A program made the position numbers and the translations under genes. A DNA stretch of 64,000 nt from Moniliella sp. 'wahieum' (lineage: Eukaryota). The notes under the pieces were generated by a model. It was given only the letters and a program-made list of their open reading frames with translations, was not told the origin of the DNA and searched no databases. The stretch lies in contig RSEE01000028.1 in assembly GCA_003971905.1 (NCBI GenBank), positions 310,001 through 374,000 on the forward strand, written 5' to 3'. Below, piece by piece: positions 37,185-48,647 of this stretch; within the stretch, counting starts at the first letter, position 1; each line of letters opens with the position of its first letter.

Positions 37185-37720
37185 ACACGTCATCGTGTCA
37201 ACGTTCAGATCTCAGATGAGACGTGCAGCGTATATACTTCGACTGGCGACTAGCAACTAGAGCAACTCCGCTCTCGATGCTGTGCGGCAGCAGTGTGGGG
37301 CGCCCCAGTTGCGGGTTTCACGCGTCACGCGTCACCGGTCACCACTGGAGGCGGAACAGCGCCCTGCTTGCAGCTGCGGCAATAAAATGCACCGGGGGCT
37401 TGCGCATGACGCGTGACGCGTGACGCGACGGCCGGAGTCTTATTCCATTCTCGGTTATACCCTCTGTCACACGTTATACCCGCTACCAGATCTCTCTAGG
37501 TGATGAGCTGAATCGCGTTACGCGTTACGCGCGATTTTGGCGCAGCACGAGAGACAAACAGAAGTGTCCAGAAAGGCTTCCTCCACGTCCACCACTTGCG
37601 CGTGAGAAGCGTCGCGTGTGGCTCAGGCTCAAAACATGAATTCAATATTCACAGGCCTGAAGCTTGAAGCTCCTGAAGAGACCGTGAAGCTGAAGCTTTT
37701 GAAGTTAGTCAGTACTCTCG
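37185..37720. repeat. Dense cluster of palindromic heptamer arrays
   Basis: tcagatctcagatgaga; tcacgcgtcacgcgtcaccggtcacc; tgacgcgtgacgcgtgacgcg; cgttacgcgttacgcg; tgaagcttgaagct. Confidence 0.85.
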
Positions 37721-39445
37721 GCCACATGTATTCTTCACACGCCTGCTATGGTACTTTGTATTACTTGTACTCATCATCCATGCATCGTCATCATGTGCCC
37801 GACCTTATGCCATCTCAATATCTCTCACTCTTCTCTTTTCTCTCGTCGTCGCGCGCCTATAATACCGACAGTGTCCGGCACTCTCTTATACGTCGTGCCC
37901 CTGACAGACTTCCATCGCTGTGCAGGTAGTGAGTGATCGAGTGATCCAAGACGCACATGCGTATCGATCATCTGTTTCAGATGCCATCAGCCCCTCTCTT
38001 TGTCAAGCTATTGAGGCCTGCTGTGAAAAAGAGTAAACGACAGTGGAGTTGCTGCAGCGGCAGAGCATTATATTGCGCTTGGACTTGCCCATCCATCCAA
38101 ACAAGGTTCCTCCGGTGCGCTCTCCTTGTTGGCGAGACACGGTCACGGTTCTGGTTACAAAATACGATCTCGAATTCTCCGACAGCTCCTGACCCGCCAC
38201 AGCGCCGCCTCAGCACCTCCGCGACCTCAGCTATTATAGGCCTCACCCGCCTCATCGGCCTCATCGATCATCCCCCATACACCTCACACGATTAATGAAA
38301 GCATTGCATCCATTGCATTCTCCTTTGACCCGGGCTAGCCTCCTGTCCCACAAGACATGTGGCAAGCTATATACGTCATGAATCAGGTGACAAGCGCGGA
38401 GCCAGGAAGAGCCCTGGGTTCGAAGAACGCCTCCTGAACTTGAGAGCCTTGAAAGCTTGAAGCTTGGAGCTTATTGGGTACGGCGATGTACTGAGGGGTT
38501 ATTGAACTCTATGCAATATGCAAGCTCCCCACACTCTCTGTGGCCTCTCTCTCTTCGGTCTTGTCTCGAGCCCAGCGCTCGCCTCGATGTGCTTTCGATC
38601 GACTGTGGGCTCTTCATAGACTGGTCTACGCCATCGTATTCAAGCACAATTGGTCTTAGGTGATGCAGCGGTGCGTACTAAACGTACTGAACTCAGACTG
38701 CGTACTAAATTACTGAGGGCGTACTGGGCGCGCTGCTGAGCCTCAGCCCTCAGGCTGAGGGGCGCTGTGGCCTCGTAGCGTGGAGCGCTGACTCTGAGGC
38801 CCCACCGTGCCGGTTAATTCCACGTGAAACGGTATAAACGTATAAACATAAGTGTTAGTGTGCTTTCATTCGGCGCAGCAGGGCAGCACAGCAGCGTAAG
38901 CTTGCCCGTCAGACTGACGACTGACGACTGAGTCTCAGATCCTGAGGGAAGGGTGTGCAAGGGTGCTCCCTCAGCCTAAGGCCCCGGCTCTCGAACATGG
39001 CCTGTGTGGGGATACGGTGTTGTCGGGGGATGGCATGGCTCCCCCTGTGCCTATCCCTGCCTTGGCTGGGCGGCGATAACGACGTGGCTGGGCGGCCCAG
39101 CTCAGCCGCACAGGGGCACCCAGGAGGACGCAGCGCCTACGGCCGGCCTGCCAACCGCGCGACCCTTCCGACCCTGGCCAGCGGAGACACGCACGCTGCG
39201 CGGAGGGTGAGGGGGCCGCAGGGGGCGAGCCAGCATTCTGCCCTCCGCTGTTCCTGCTGGTCCCTCGATCTGCGCCGATTTTTATCATAGACCATCGATC
39301 ATCGCGGCGCAGCTACAGCCACAGCCCAGCCACAGCCACAGCGATCCGGCTGGACTGCGACGGCGCAGGCCAAATCTGTGGGGGGAGCTCCATCTCCATC
39401 TCCATTTCCATCTCCATCTCGCCATCCCCCACCCTGATCGCCGCC

Positions 39446-41187
39446 ATGTCGACAGGAGCTACCTCATCGATACCTGTGCGCGCTCGCCGTTCACGCCGCC
39501 CCATCCACACCCCACCTTCACCAAATGCCTGCTCCACCCTTCGCATGGTGGCCCCCGATGCTTCGCCCCTTGGAAATGGCTGTCTGCCGATCCCAGAAGC
39601 CCCACCAAAGGCTACCGACTCTCTCATGCCCTGCGCCTTTGACCCCGAGCACTTGGACGCGATGGGGTACCACACCTTCCAGTGCTTTGAGACAGCCTTT
39701 CATGTCCATAAGCGTTACTCCTTTGTGCGCCCCCTTGGCTTTGGATCGTATGGCTCCGTCGCCCTGGTGCACGACGCTGTGCTCAATGTCCACGTTGCGT
39801 ACGCTAAGCTCACCCTCTGATGTGCTGTGCCCGCAAGCCAACTGACCCCTTCCTTTGTTCACAGTCTCAAGAAGATCAACCAGGTTCTGCACAGTGGTAC
39901 GCTCGCGCGACATGCGTTGCGCGAGGTAACCATCATGCGCCACATGAACGAATGTGACAACTCTGCTGTCCTGCTCGACATTGATGCCAGCTTTGTTGAA
40001 TGGGGGGAGCTCTACCTCGTCATGGCCCCCTCCGAAGCAAACCTAGCTCAGATCATCCGTTCACGACAGTCTCTCAGCAACGAGCATCTCCAATACTTTG
40101 CGGTCCAGCTACTTCGCGGTGTGAGCTACATGCACGCGGCGCACATTATGCACCGTGATCTTAAGCCAAGTAATGTGGTGGTCAATTCCGATTGCACCCT
40201 GCGCATTTGCGATTACGGTCTGGCCCGTGCTTGGTCCCACGAATCCCTGTCCAAGCTGGCGCCCGCACCTGGCCTGCCATGTGCCGAGACGCTGGACATG
40301 TCACCAGCCATGTCTCCTGGGGTCCGATCACAAAAGTCGACCCTCAACGCCCATCGCAATTTTTATGTGCCGGGAGAACCATTGTCTTCGTACGTGACAA
40401 CGCGATGGTACCGTGCCCCCGAACTGCTCCTGCGCTTTTCTGAGGGATACGGCCCCCCTGTGGACATGTGGGCAGTGGGATGCATTCTCGCCGAGCTTCT
40501 CCTTGGCCGACCCCTATTTCCGGGGAATGACAGCCGTGACCAGGTTCGTCTTATCTCCCAAGCTCTCGGCCCGCCGGGCTATAGAACGGTAGCCAAGGTA
40601 TCTCCTAAGCTGAAGAGCAAGATGGGGAAATTGTGCGCCCAGGAACCGGTGGAGTGGTCTCAGATATTTGCCGGCTGCAACCCACAAGCGACAGACTTGG
40701 TTGCTAAGCTTCTCTGCTGGGACCCCCCGAACGGCTGACCGCCCCAGAGGCTCTGGCCCATCCTTGGCTTTGCGCATACCACACCGCCCCGGTCCAATTC
40801 TCCGAACCCCAACCGTTCACTGCATTTGATACGGTTGAGGCCCACTTCGTCCACCGGCACGAATGGGTGCGAGCGTTCCAAGAGCAAGAACGAGTGATGC
40901 ACCATGAGTGGCCTGCCTTCTTCTCTGAGGCCGAAGGAGTGCCTGCTGGTACTTCGGATTGCACCCCGTCGCTTTTTTCTTCCGAAGCACTCCCCACCTC
41001 TCCGAGCACGACGGCGACGAGCGTGGCGACGCCCACCTCCCTCCCTTCGCTCGATCCATCGTCCAAGACGGTGTCCCAGACGGGCAAGCACAAGACCCAC
41101 CCAACGGTTGCTTCCTCCTCGCCCCTCCTCACTAGGCGCGCATGGACTCCTCGTTTCGGGTCCGGGCGTCGAGGTGCCCCCCCATGA
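39446..41187 (+). CDS. MAP kinase family (Slt2/Mpk1-like N-lobe) with an extended activation loop and S-S-Y in place of T-x-Y
   Basis: LGFGSYGSV, VA-intron(39799-39864)-LKK, ALREV, HRDLKPSN, ICDYGLAR, PLSSYVTTRWYRAPE, DMWAVGCILAELL, PLFPG, EALAHPW. Confidence 0.92.
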
Positions 41188-41784
41188 TCTATGGGACGTC
41201 TGACCGTTATCGCGCAACCCACGGTTACCCTCCATGCCTTACTTCACTGTTGTTATACCCAACACTTTCTCATTTTATGTTGCCAAATGCAATCTTTTCC
41301 CCGTCATCATAGAACCACTGTATGTGTTGCAACCAGCGATAGCGTGCACCTGATTTATGCAGGCGACTATAGCTCTGCCGTCAAGAATGTTGGCCGGTGG
41401 TGGCACCTTCTGAATACTTTTGCTATATTAAGAGCCATGATACCTCTCTGTTCCTTAGTTTAGAAGGGATTCTGGATTGCGTGAGAGAACTTCGCACTCC
41501 TTGGATATCATACAGAGGATGCTGTTCATCATTATTGGAGTTTTGAAGAAGCGGGGAGAATCGAGGGGCGGGTGTCCAAAATTGGACGTGCTCTGTACAC
41601 ATAGCGAGGATTGAGGGTGTGCACTGGCACCCTGCTCTGGCTCGCGAATCTGCATGCCAACAGGCCGATATTCAGTTGAACGTTGAGGACGCCAAACGTG
41701 TCGTGGTCCCAACCCACATCTGCAGTCTCTCTCAGGTCTTACCCTAAGCACAGGACCCAAACAGGCATGCACGTTCCACATGAA

Positions 41785-41838
41785 GGTCTGAGATCTGAGA
41801 ATGTCTGAGATCTGATGTCTGATGTCTGATGTCTGACG
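41785..41838. repeat. (TCTGAGA)/(TCTGATG) heptamer array upstream of SIN3
   Basis: tctgagatctgagaatgtctgagatctgatgtctgatgtctgatgtctga. Confidence 0.85.
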
Positions 41839-42191
41839 CAAAAGCCAGCGAGATAAGGTTGAAAATCGAAATTGGGTGCATCGGTGCAACCACATAAACG
41901 ATGGGTGATTCCACCGCAGGGGCCACAGGGCGGAATTGGGTGATAGGCGGGGTGCTGGTTGGGTTAGTGGATGGCGCAGGATGAGGGTGCACACTCCAGA
42001 TGGGGGTGCAGATCGCTTCGTCTGTCCGGCGCAGCCCCACCATCTCGTCTCGTTGGGCCCCCTTGCTCGTGCTCTTGCCCTTGCTCTTGCCCTTGCTCGT
42101 GCTCTTGCTCACCACCACCACCCCCGCCCCCTCCCCCGTCGCTGCGCCGTGCTGTGCGCGTGCTTCGGTCCGCGCACGTGTTGGATCCACC

Positions 42192-45100
42192 ATGGTATGT
42201 GCCCTTGCCCACTCTGCTTCCCGCCACTGACCGCCCTCCCCAGTCCTCGCTCAACGTCAAGGATGCACTCGAGTATCTCGACCAGGTCAAGGTCCAGTTC
42301 GCTGACCACCCCGATGTGTACAACCGCTCCTCCTCGACATCATGAAGGACTTCAAGAGCCAGGCCATCGACACCCCCGGCGTTATCGAGCGCGTCTCGGC
42401 GCTCTTCCAGGGCCATGCCGCCCTCATTCAGGGCTTCAACACCTTCCTCCCGCCTGGCTACCACATCGACTGCTCCCAAGAGACCAACATGATTACTGTC
42501 ACCACCCCCACTGGCATGACCGCCCAGGGTGGCATTGGCATCGCTGGCGCCCTATCTCGCGCCAATGCGGCTGCTATGCTCGGTGTTCCTCCCGACACCC
42601 TCCCGCCACCGTCACGGCCTCCCCCGCCGCCCCACCCTGTTTCTCCTCCCATGACCCATGGCCCCCAGCGTGGCCCCGGCCCGCCCCATTCCATGCCTCC
42701 CGGCGTGGGCCCCTCGAGCCCGACCATGCATCCGCACCAGCCCCGATGGCGTACGGTCCTGCCGAATACCCCCTCCAGCCCACCCTATCAGGTCCAGGCT
42801 ACTCAAACGGCAGTATCCATCCTCCTCCCGGTACGTACTGAACTGGCCTGCGCACGTCTGTTTTCCAGTCTCATCTCCAGCTGTGGTGTGTTTCTAATTT
42901 TGTTTTCTATTCTCCCCAGGCCCCGGCACGCCAGGCGTGACAGCCGGTGCGGGTGCGCTGGCCCACCCAGCTGCTGGCATGCCCATGCCGCACGATGGCG
43001 GTCCTGCTCCCGTCGAGTTCAATCATGCCATCAATTATGTCAACAAGATCAAACAGCGCTACAACTCTGCGCCGGACACGTACCGTCAGTTCCTCGAGAT
43101 CCTCCAAGACTACCAGCATGGCTCCCGGCCCATCCAAGAAGTCTACAACGAGGTCACGCAACTGTTTGGGCACGACAAGGACCTGCTCCAGGAGTTCCGC
43201 CAGTTCCTCCCCGACAGCAACCCAGCCGGTGGCGTTGGTGGTGCTGGTGGTAGCGGTGCTGCAGGCGGCCTCTTTGGCGCCGTGCATTCGCCCCATGCTG
43301 CACCCCAGAGGCGTTCCACCCCACCTTAACCTGCCTACCCTCCTGCGCCCCCCCTGCTCGCCCGCGTGCCTCGGGTACCAAAACCAAGAAGAGGCCCGCA
43401 CCCAGTTCAACTGCCCCCGCTTCTGGTGCCGAGCCCCGAGGGAAGCGGACCAAACATGGGTACCCCGCGCCCCCAGAAGCCGAGATGTCATACAACCCTG
43501 CGGTATATCCAGAGGAAACCGTCGTTCCCATGCAAGCGGGCGAACCGGCTTATGCGGCGTCCATTGATACGACATGGTACCCTGCCGAGGCAGTGTTTGG
43601 TGTGCGACTTGAACCCCGTCCAGAACCCAAGGAGACGACGCTGGCTTCGGGGGCGAGGTGACCCTCTTTGACCGGATCAAACGACACATTGATGGGAAAG
43701 CGGCCTATACTGAATTTCTCAAGCTGCTCCAACTCTTCTCCCAAGACATCATCGATGTACGCCTCCTGTTGGATCAAGTCGCCTTGTTTATCGGAGATAA
43801 TCCCGACCTGTTTGGCATGTTCTGCCACGTGGTGGGATACGACCAAGGCAAAGACGACTGGCTTACCAGTCTCCCACCCACCATCGCCAACATACCTGTT
43901 CAGCGCCGCAACCCTATTATCGCCGGACTGTACAAGACCTATGGTCCATCTTACCATCGTCTCCCCCGGTTCGAATCCAACTTATCTTGCAGTGGGAGGG
44001 ATGCGCTCTGTTGGTCGGTTCTCAATGACTCCTTTCTCAGTACCCCGCTCTTCTCCTCCGAGTCGGAGGGGTTCATGCCCCACCGCAAGAACGTGTATGA
44101 GACTACCCTCTTCGTCTCAGAGGAAGAGCGACACGAGTTTGATCATCATATTGAGCTCAATCTTCGCACCATTGAGCTTCTTATTCCCCTCGTTGCCCGA
44201 CTGGAAAAGATGCCCCCCGCAGAGCGTGAGGCGGCTCGGCTCCCGAAGGATTTGGGCGCGGCTAGCCCGACGATCCACGAACGGGTTGTCAAGAAGGTGT
44301 ATGGCAAGGAGGCTGGTCTTGAAATTCTTGCTGCCATGTCCGAAGCCCCGGCGGCACAATCCCCGTTGTGCTTGAGCGGTTAAAGGCAACGGATCAAGCG
44401 TGGCGGGCTGGACAGAGGGAGTGGAACAAGGTGTGGCACAAGGTGGACTTGCGCAACTTCTACAAGAGCCTTGACCACCAAGGTAAAGACTTTAAGGTCA
44501 ACGACAAGCGCGCTACCACAAGCAAAGCCTTTGTCGCAGAGATCGAAGCGGAGCGCTCCTGTCAGCTAGCACAGCATCAAGCTGCCTCGAAACATGAGCG
44601 AGTACAGGGAATCAAGTTGGGTCAGCCAGAACAAGCACAGCCAGTTCGTGCCTGGCCCTGCTACCAACATGCTGTCAAGATGGCCGACAAGGATGTATTC
44701 TCCGATGTGCTCAAAATGTGCTTCTCGCATTTGGACCGGACAACAAACTACAGCAAGCCCGATATGGAGAGGATCGAGTCTTTCCTACGCTCTTTTGGCC
44801 CGCTCATCTTTGGCATTGAACCAGCTGTTGTGGAGGCTTGGGTCACTCCTCTTCGTTCGGTCGACGAGGACGAGGAGGTCTCTTCCACGAAAGACGGTAA
44901 TGACGTGGCCGTTCCCAAAGACTCGGCAACTGACGTTCTCCCTATGGAGGCCGACCAAGCCCTCAACACAAGCAGTTCGACACCCGGGCCCTCCACGCCC
45001 CCCCTGAAAATGCCACGATGGACACTTGGATGCGCTTTGGCGGGTTTGACCACATGGGGACGGCCCTGCCCGGGGCAAGTCAGACCTGCCTATCGACATT

Positions 45101-46345
45101 GACTCCCTCTTCTTCTATGCCAACACGCAGCTTTTTGTTTTCGTCAAGCTCTTTGAAACGATCTATACCCGTTTGGCCGCGCTCAAGAAAGTAGCCGAGG
45201 AGCGAGCTAAGGTGTACCCTTCGCGCCAACGGGTCAACCCTGTCGCTGTCGCTCTGGGACTGCAGGATCCTAGTACAGGGCCTGGTGCCGTGGTGGGGGC
45301 CATGGCGTGTGCAGCCCACGAAAACCCAGAGGAACAAGGTGGCTTTTTCCTCCATCCACGACATTACTATGGCACACTTCTTCAAATGTGCGAACGATTG
45401 TTTGATGGCGAGATGGACCAATCGTCGTTTGAAGAAGCAGCACGGTTCATGTTTGATATTGACGCCTACCCGATCTTCACCGTAGACAAGGTGGTCAGCG
45501 GGTTGATCAAAGCGGTTCGTTTTTCTCTTTGGTTTTCCTCGTGCGGTGCTGACCCTTTTTTTCCCATAGTTGCACAATGTGGTTACCGACCAACGCTCCA
45601 TTGCTCTGATGGAGCAAGTGGATGCGTGTCGTGCCCGGACTACGACGGCGGCTAAGGCGGTGCGCACCGATCCCTGCAATGCGAGGGCGTTGGTGGAGTG
45701 GTTCCGCAGTCTGATCGATCAGCGAATGGTCGCGGAGAGCATTCTGGCGGGCGAAGAGAACTTGTACCGGATTGTGTGGAACGAGGAACGCCGCCTGCTC
45801 ACCTTTCAATTGCTCGGGCGCGACGAGCTCACCCTCCCCCAAGAAGCGACATCTCAACGCAACAAGTTGCTCTATTACATGGCGTCTTATGCCTCGTGGC
45901 ACCCTACCGAGGGACTGGCACGAGCTGCTGTCGCCCGCCTTCTCCCGCACAACCTTACCCTTGCTGGCCAACCCAAATCGAAGCATGTCTCCAGCCCGGC
46001 TGAGGGGGAGAAAACGGATGGGGTCGGGTCCAAAGCGCAGGACCCAGACGAGCATATCGGTTTTACTTCCCTCCACGGCCTTGAAGGAGAGATTGATCCG
46101 CACACGTGCCGTCTCCGCTTCGAGCAGGGCCAGGACGATGTCATGGTCGCCATCGGCCACCAGCCGCGCTGAATACTCGCATGGCCGGACTGGTGGCCAG
46201 CCGAAGTCGCAAGGAAGCCAGGCTCACCGCCTTGCTCGCCAAGCGCCTGGGCACGACCGCACCATTGCCTGCCCCAGTCCCCCCAGATGCGGAGGGAGGA
46301 GAAGAGCCAATGGACTTGGACGCTGGAGAGGACAGGAACATCTGA
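42192..46345 (+). CDS. SIN3: Transcriptional corepressor Sin3 (PAH1-3, HDAC-interaction domain, Sin3_C)
   Basis: PAH1 [52 protein letters not shown]2 [17 protein letters not shown]3 [54 protein letters not shown]. Introns at 42195-42243, 42831-42919 and about 45515-45569. Confidence 0.96.
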
Positions 46346-47147
46346 TTCGTACCCTGAGTGCGTGTGGGGTGCGATTTCCAGTGTCCATGGGCTGCGCGCT
46401 TTACTAGACAAAGACCAAGCGGCCATGACTGCCGTTTATCGTGTCGTGTGTTGTATCCTCTGCAAAATCGAATTGTATGGAGCCTGGAACCTGGAGTCCA
46501 GCTGGAACCTATAGTACGGCTGGTAGTTTTCCTCTGGGTTTGTGCGCTTTCTACCAACGATGCACAGCTGGGCACGGGATGATTCGGAGAGCTGCACCCG
46601 AGCTCTGGGCTGTGGGCTTCTGGCTTCTGAGTTTCGGGTTCAGGGGCTCATAATCGCCAACGCCAGGGAGAAGGGGATGCGCAAGGCAGAGAGGCGGCCA
46701 TCGCTCGTGGTCGGTCGCAGATCGCAACAGCGGCAACAACCAAAACAAGTTGGGCCAACACAGGCGCCGTGCGGCCAGGCCAGCCCAGTTGGGAAGTCAA
46801 ACTCGAGACGCACGGACTGCGGCACGTCGCAGTAACTCCACACGGCCCTGGTGCCTGTGCGGGCGAGGGTGTCTGACACGCCGGCCACCAGCGCCCTGGC
46901 TGACGTAACGGAGGCACCGCGCCCGCACGGGGCCTGCCAGGGCCGCCGGGGCGGGCAGGAGGCAGGCAGGCCAGGCCAGGCAGAGCACCCGGAGCGGCCC
47001 GGAGCGCGTCGCCTGCCCACCCCAGCGGCGTTGGAGAAGGTGAGCCGCCGGCAGGTTTTCCTTCTTCAGCCACCGCCAGCCCGTCTTGCGCTCCTCCCGC
47101 TTGCCGCCCGTCTGCTCCGCCGGCCGTCTTGCTCCTGCTTGATCGCC

Positions 47148-48647
47148 ATGCTGTCTGCTGCTGCCCTCCGTCTCGCTGCACGCACGCCGCCCGCCCGGGT
47201 CTGGCCCGCGGCCTGGCCACCTCCTCCCGCTCCCTGGCGCTCCAGAAGTTCGCCTTCCCCGCCATGTCGCCCACCATGACCGAGGGCGGCATTGCCAAGT
47301 GGCACGTCAAGCCCGGCGACAAGTTTTCCTCGGGCGATGTGTTGCTCGAGATTGAGACCGACAAGGCTACCATGGACGTCGAGGCTGCCGACGATGGTGT
47401 GATGGCCAAGATCATTGTGCGTTCTTAACCCCGCTGCCAACTGGATTCGCCTAACCCCCTTTTCTTCCTTCTAGGTTGGCGATGGCGCCAAGGATGTGCA
47501 GGTCAACAGTGTATTGCTATCACTGCTGAGGAGGGCGATGACCTGAGCGGTGCCGACGCCCTGGCGGCCGAGCAAGCAGGAGGCCCACCCTGTACAGCCC
47601 GAGGAGCCCAAGTCGGCCGAACCTGCGCCGGAAGCACCCAAGCCTGCTGACCCGAAAGCAAGCCTACTGCTGCTCCTGCTGCTCCTGCTGTGCCGGCGAG
47701 CGGACGCGTGTTTGCTTCCCCTCTGGCCCGTAAGATTGCCCAGGAGAAGGGCATCCCGCTGGCCCAAATCAAGGGTACTGGTCCCAACGGCCGTATCGTC
47801 AAGGCCGACGTCGAAGGCTACAAGGCCCTGCTCCTGCTGCCGCTGCGGCTGCTGCCCCAACACCGGCAGCGGCACCGGCCAAGAGCACTCCCCCTCCTCC
47901 CCCAGCTGCTCCCGGTCAGGAGGCTACGTTTACCGACATCCCCGTTACCAACATGCGCCGCACTATTGCTGCGCGCCTGACCGAAAGCAAGCAACAGCTG
48001 CCCCATTACTACGTCTCGATCGACGTGGAGATGGACCGTGTGCTGCAACTTCGTGAGCTTTTCAACGCTGCCTCGGCTGAAAAGGCGCGTGGGGACAAGG
48101 AAGCAGCCAAGGCGGCCAAGCTGTCGGTGGGCGACTTTATCACCAAGGCTGCCTCGGTTGCGCTGCAGCAAGTTCCAGAGGTCAACTCGGCTTGGTACGG
48201 CGACATTATTCGGCAACACAATGTGGCCGACATCTCGATCGCGGTCGCTACCCCGACCGGGCTGATCACACCCATTGTGCACAACGTGGGTGCCAAGGGT
48301 CTGGCGTCCATCTCGGCTCGCACCAAGGAGCTGGCCGCCAAGGCACGTGCGGGCAAGCTTGCTCCGGCCGAGTACCAGGGCGGCACCTTTACCATTTCCA
48401 ACATGGGCATGTTTGGCATCAGCCACTTTACCGCGATCATCAACCCACCTCAGAGCGCCATTCTGGCCATTGGTGGCACCGACACCCGCATCGTCCCTGA
48501 CGCCTCGTCGGAAAAGGGATGGAAGAAGGTGAACGTGATGCAGGCCACCTGTCGTCCGACCACCGCGTGATCGACGGTGCGACGGCAGCGCGCTGGATGA
48601 AGGCGTTCAAGGACACACTCGAGAACCCCCTGTCGTTCATGCTCTAA
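47148..48647 (+). CDS. LAT1: Pyruvate dehydrogenase E2, dihydrolipoamide acetyltransferase (mitochondrial)
   Basis: Presequence-like N-terminus, lipoyl domain [26 protein letters not shown], intron 47417-47474, E3-binding [22 protein letters not shown], catalytic [26 protein letters not shown]. Confidence 0.97.
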
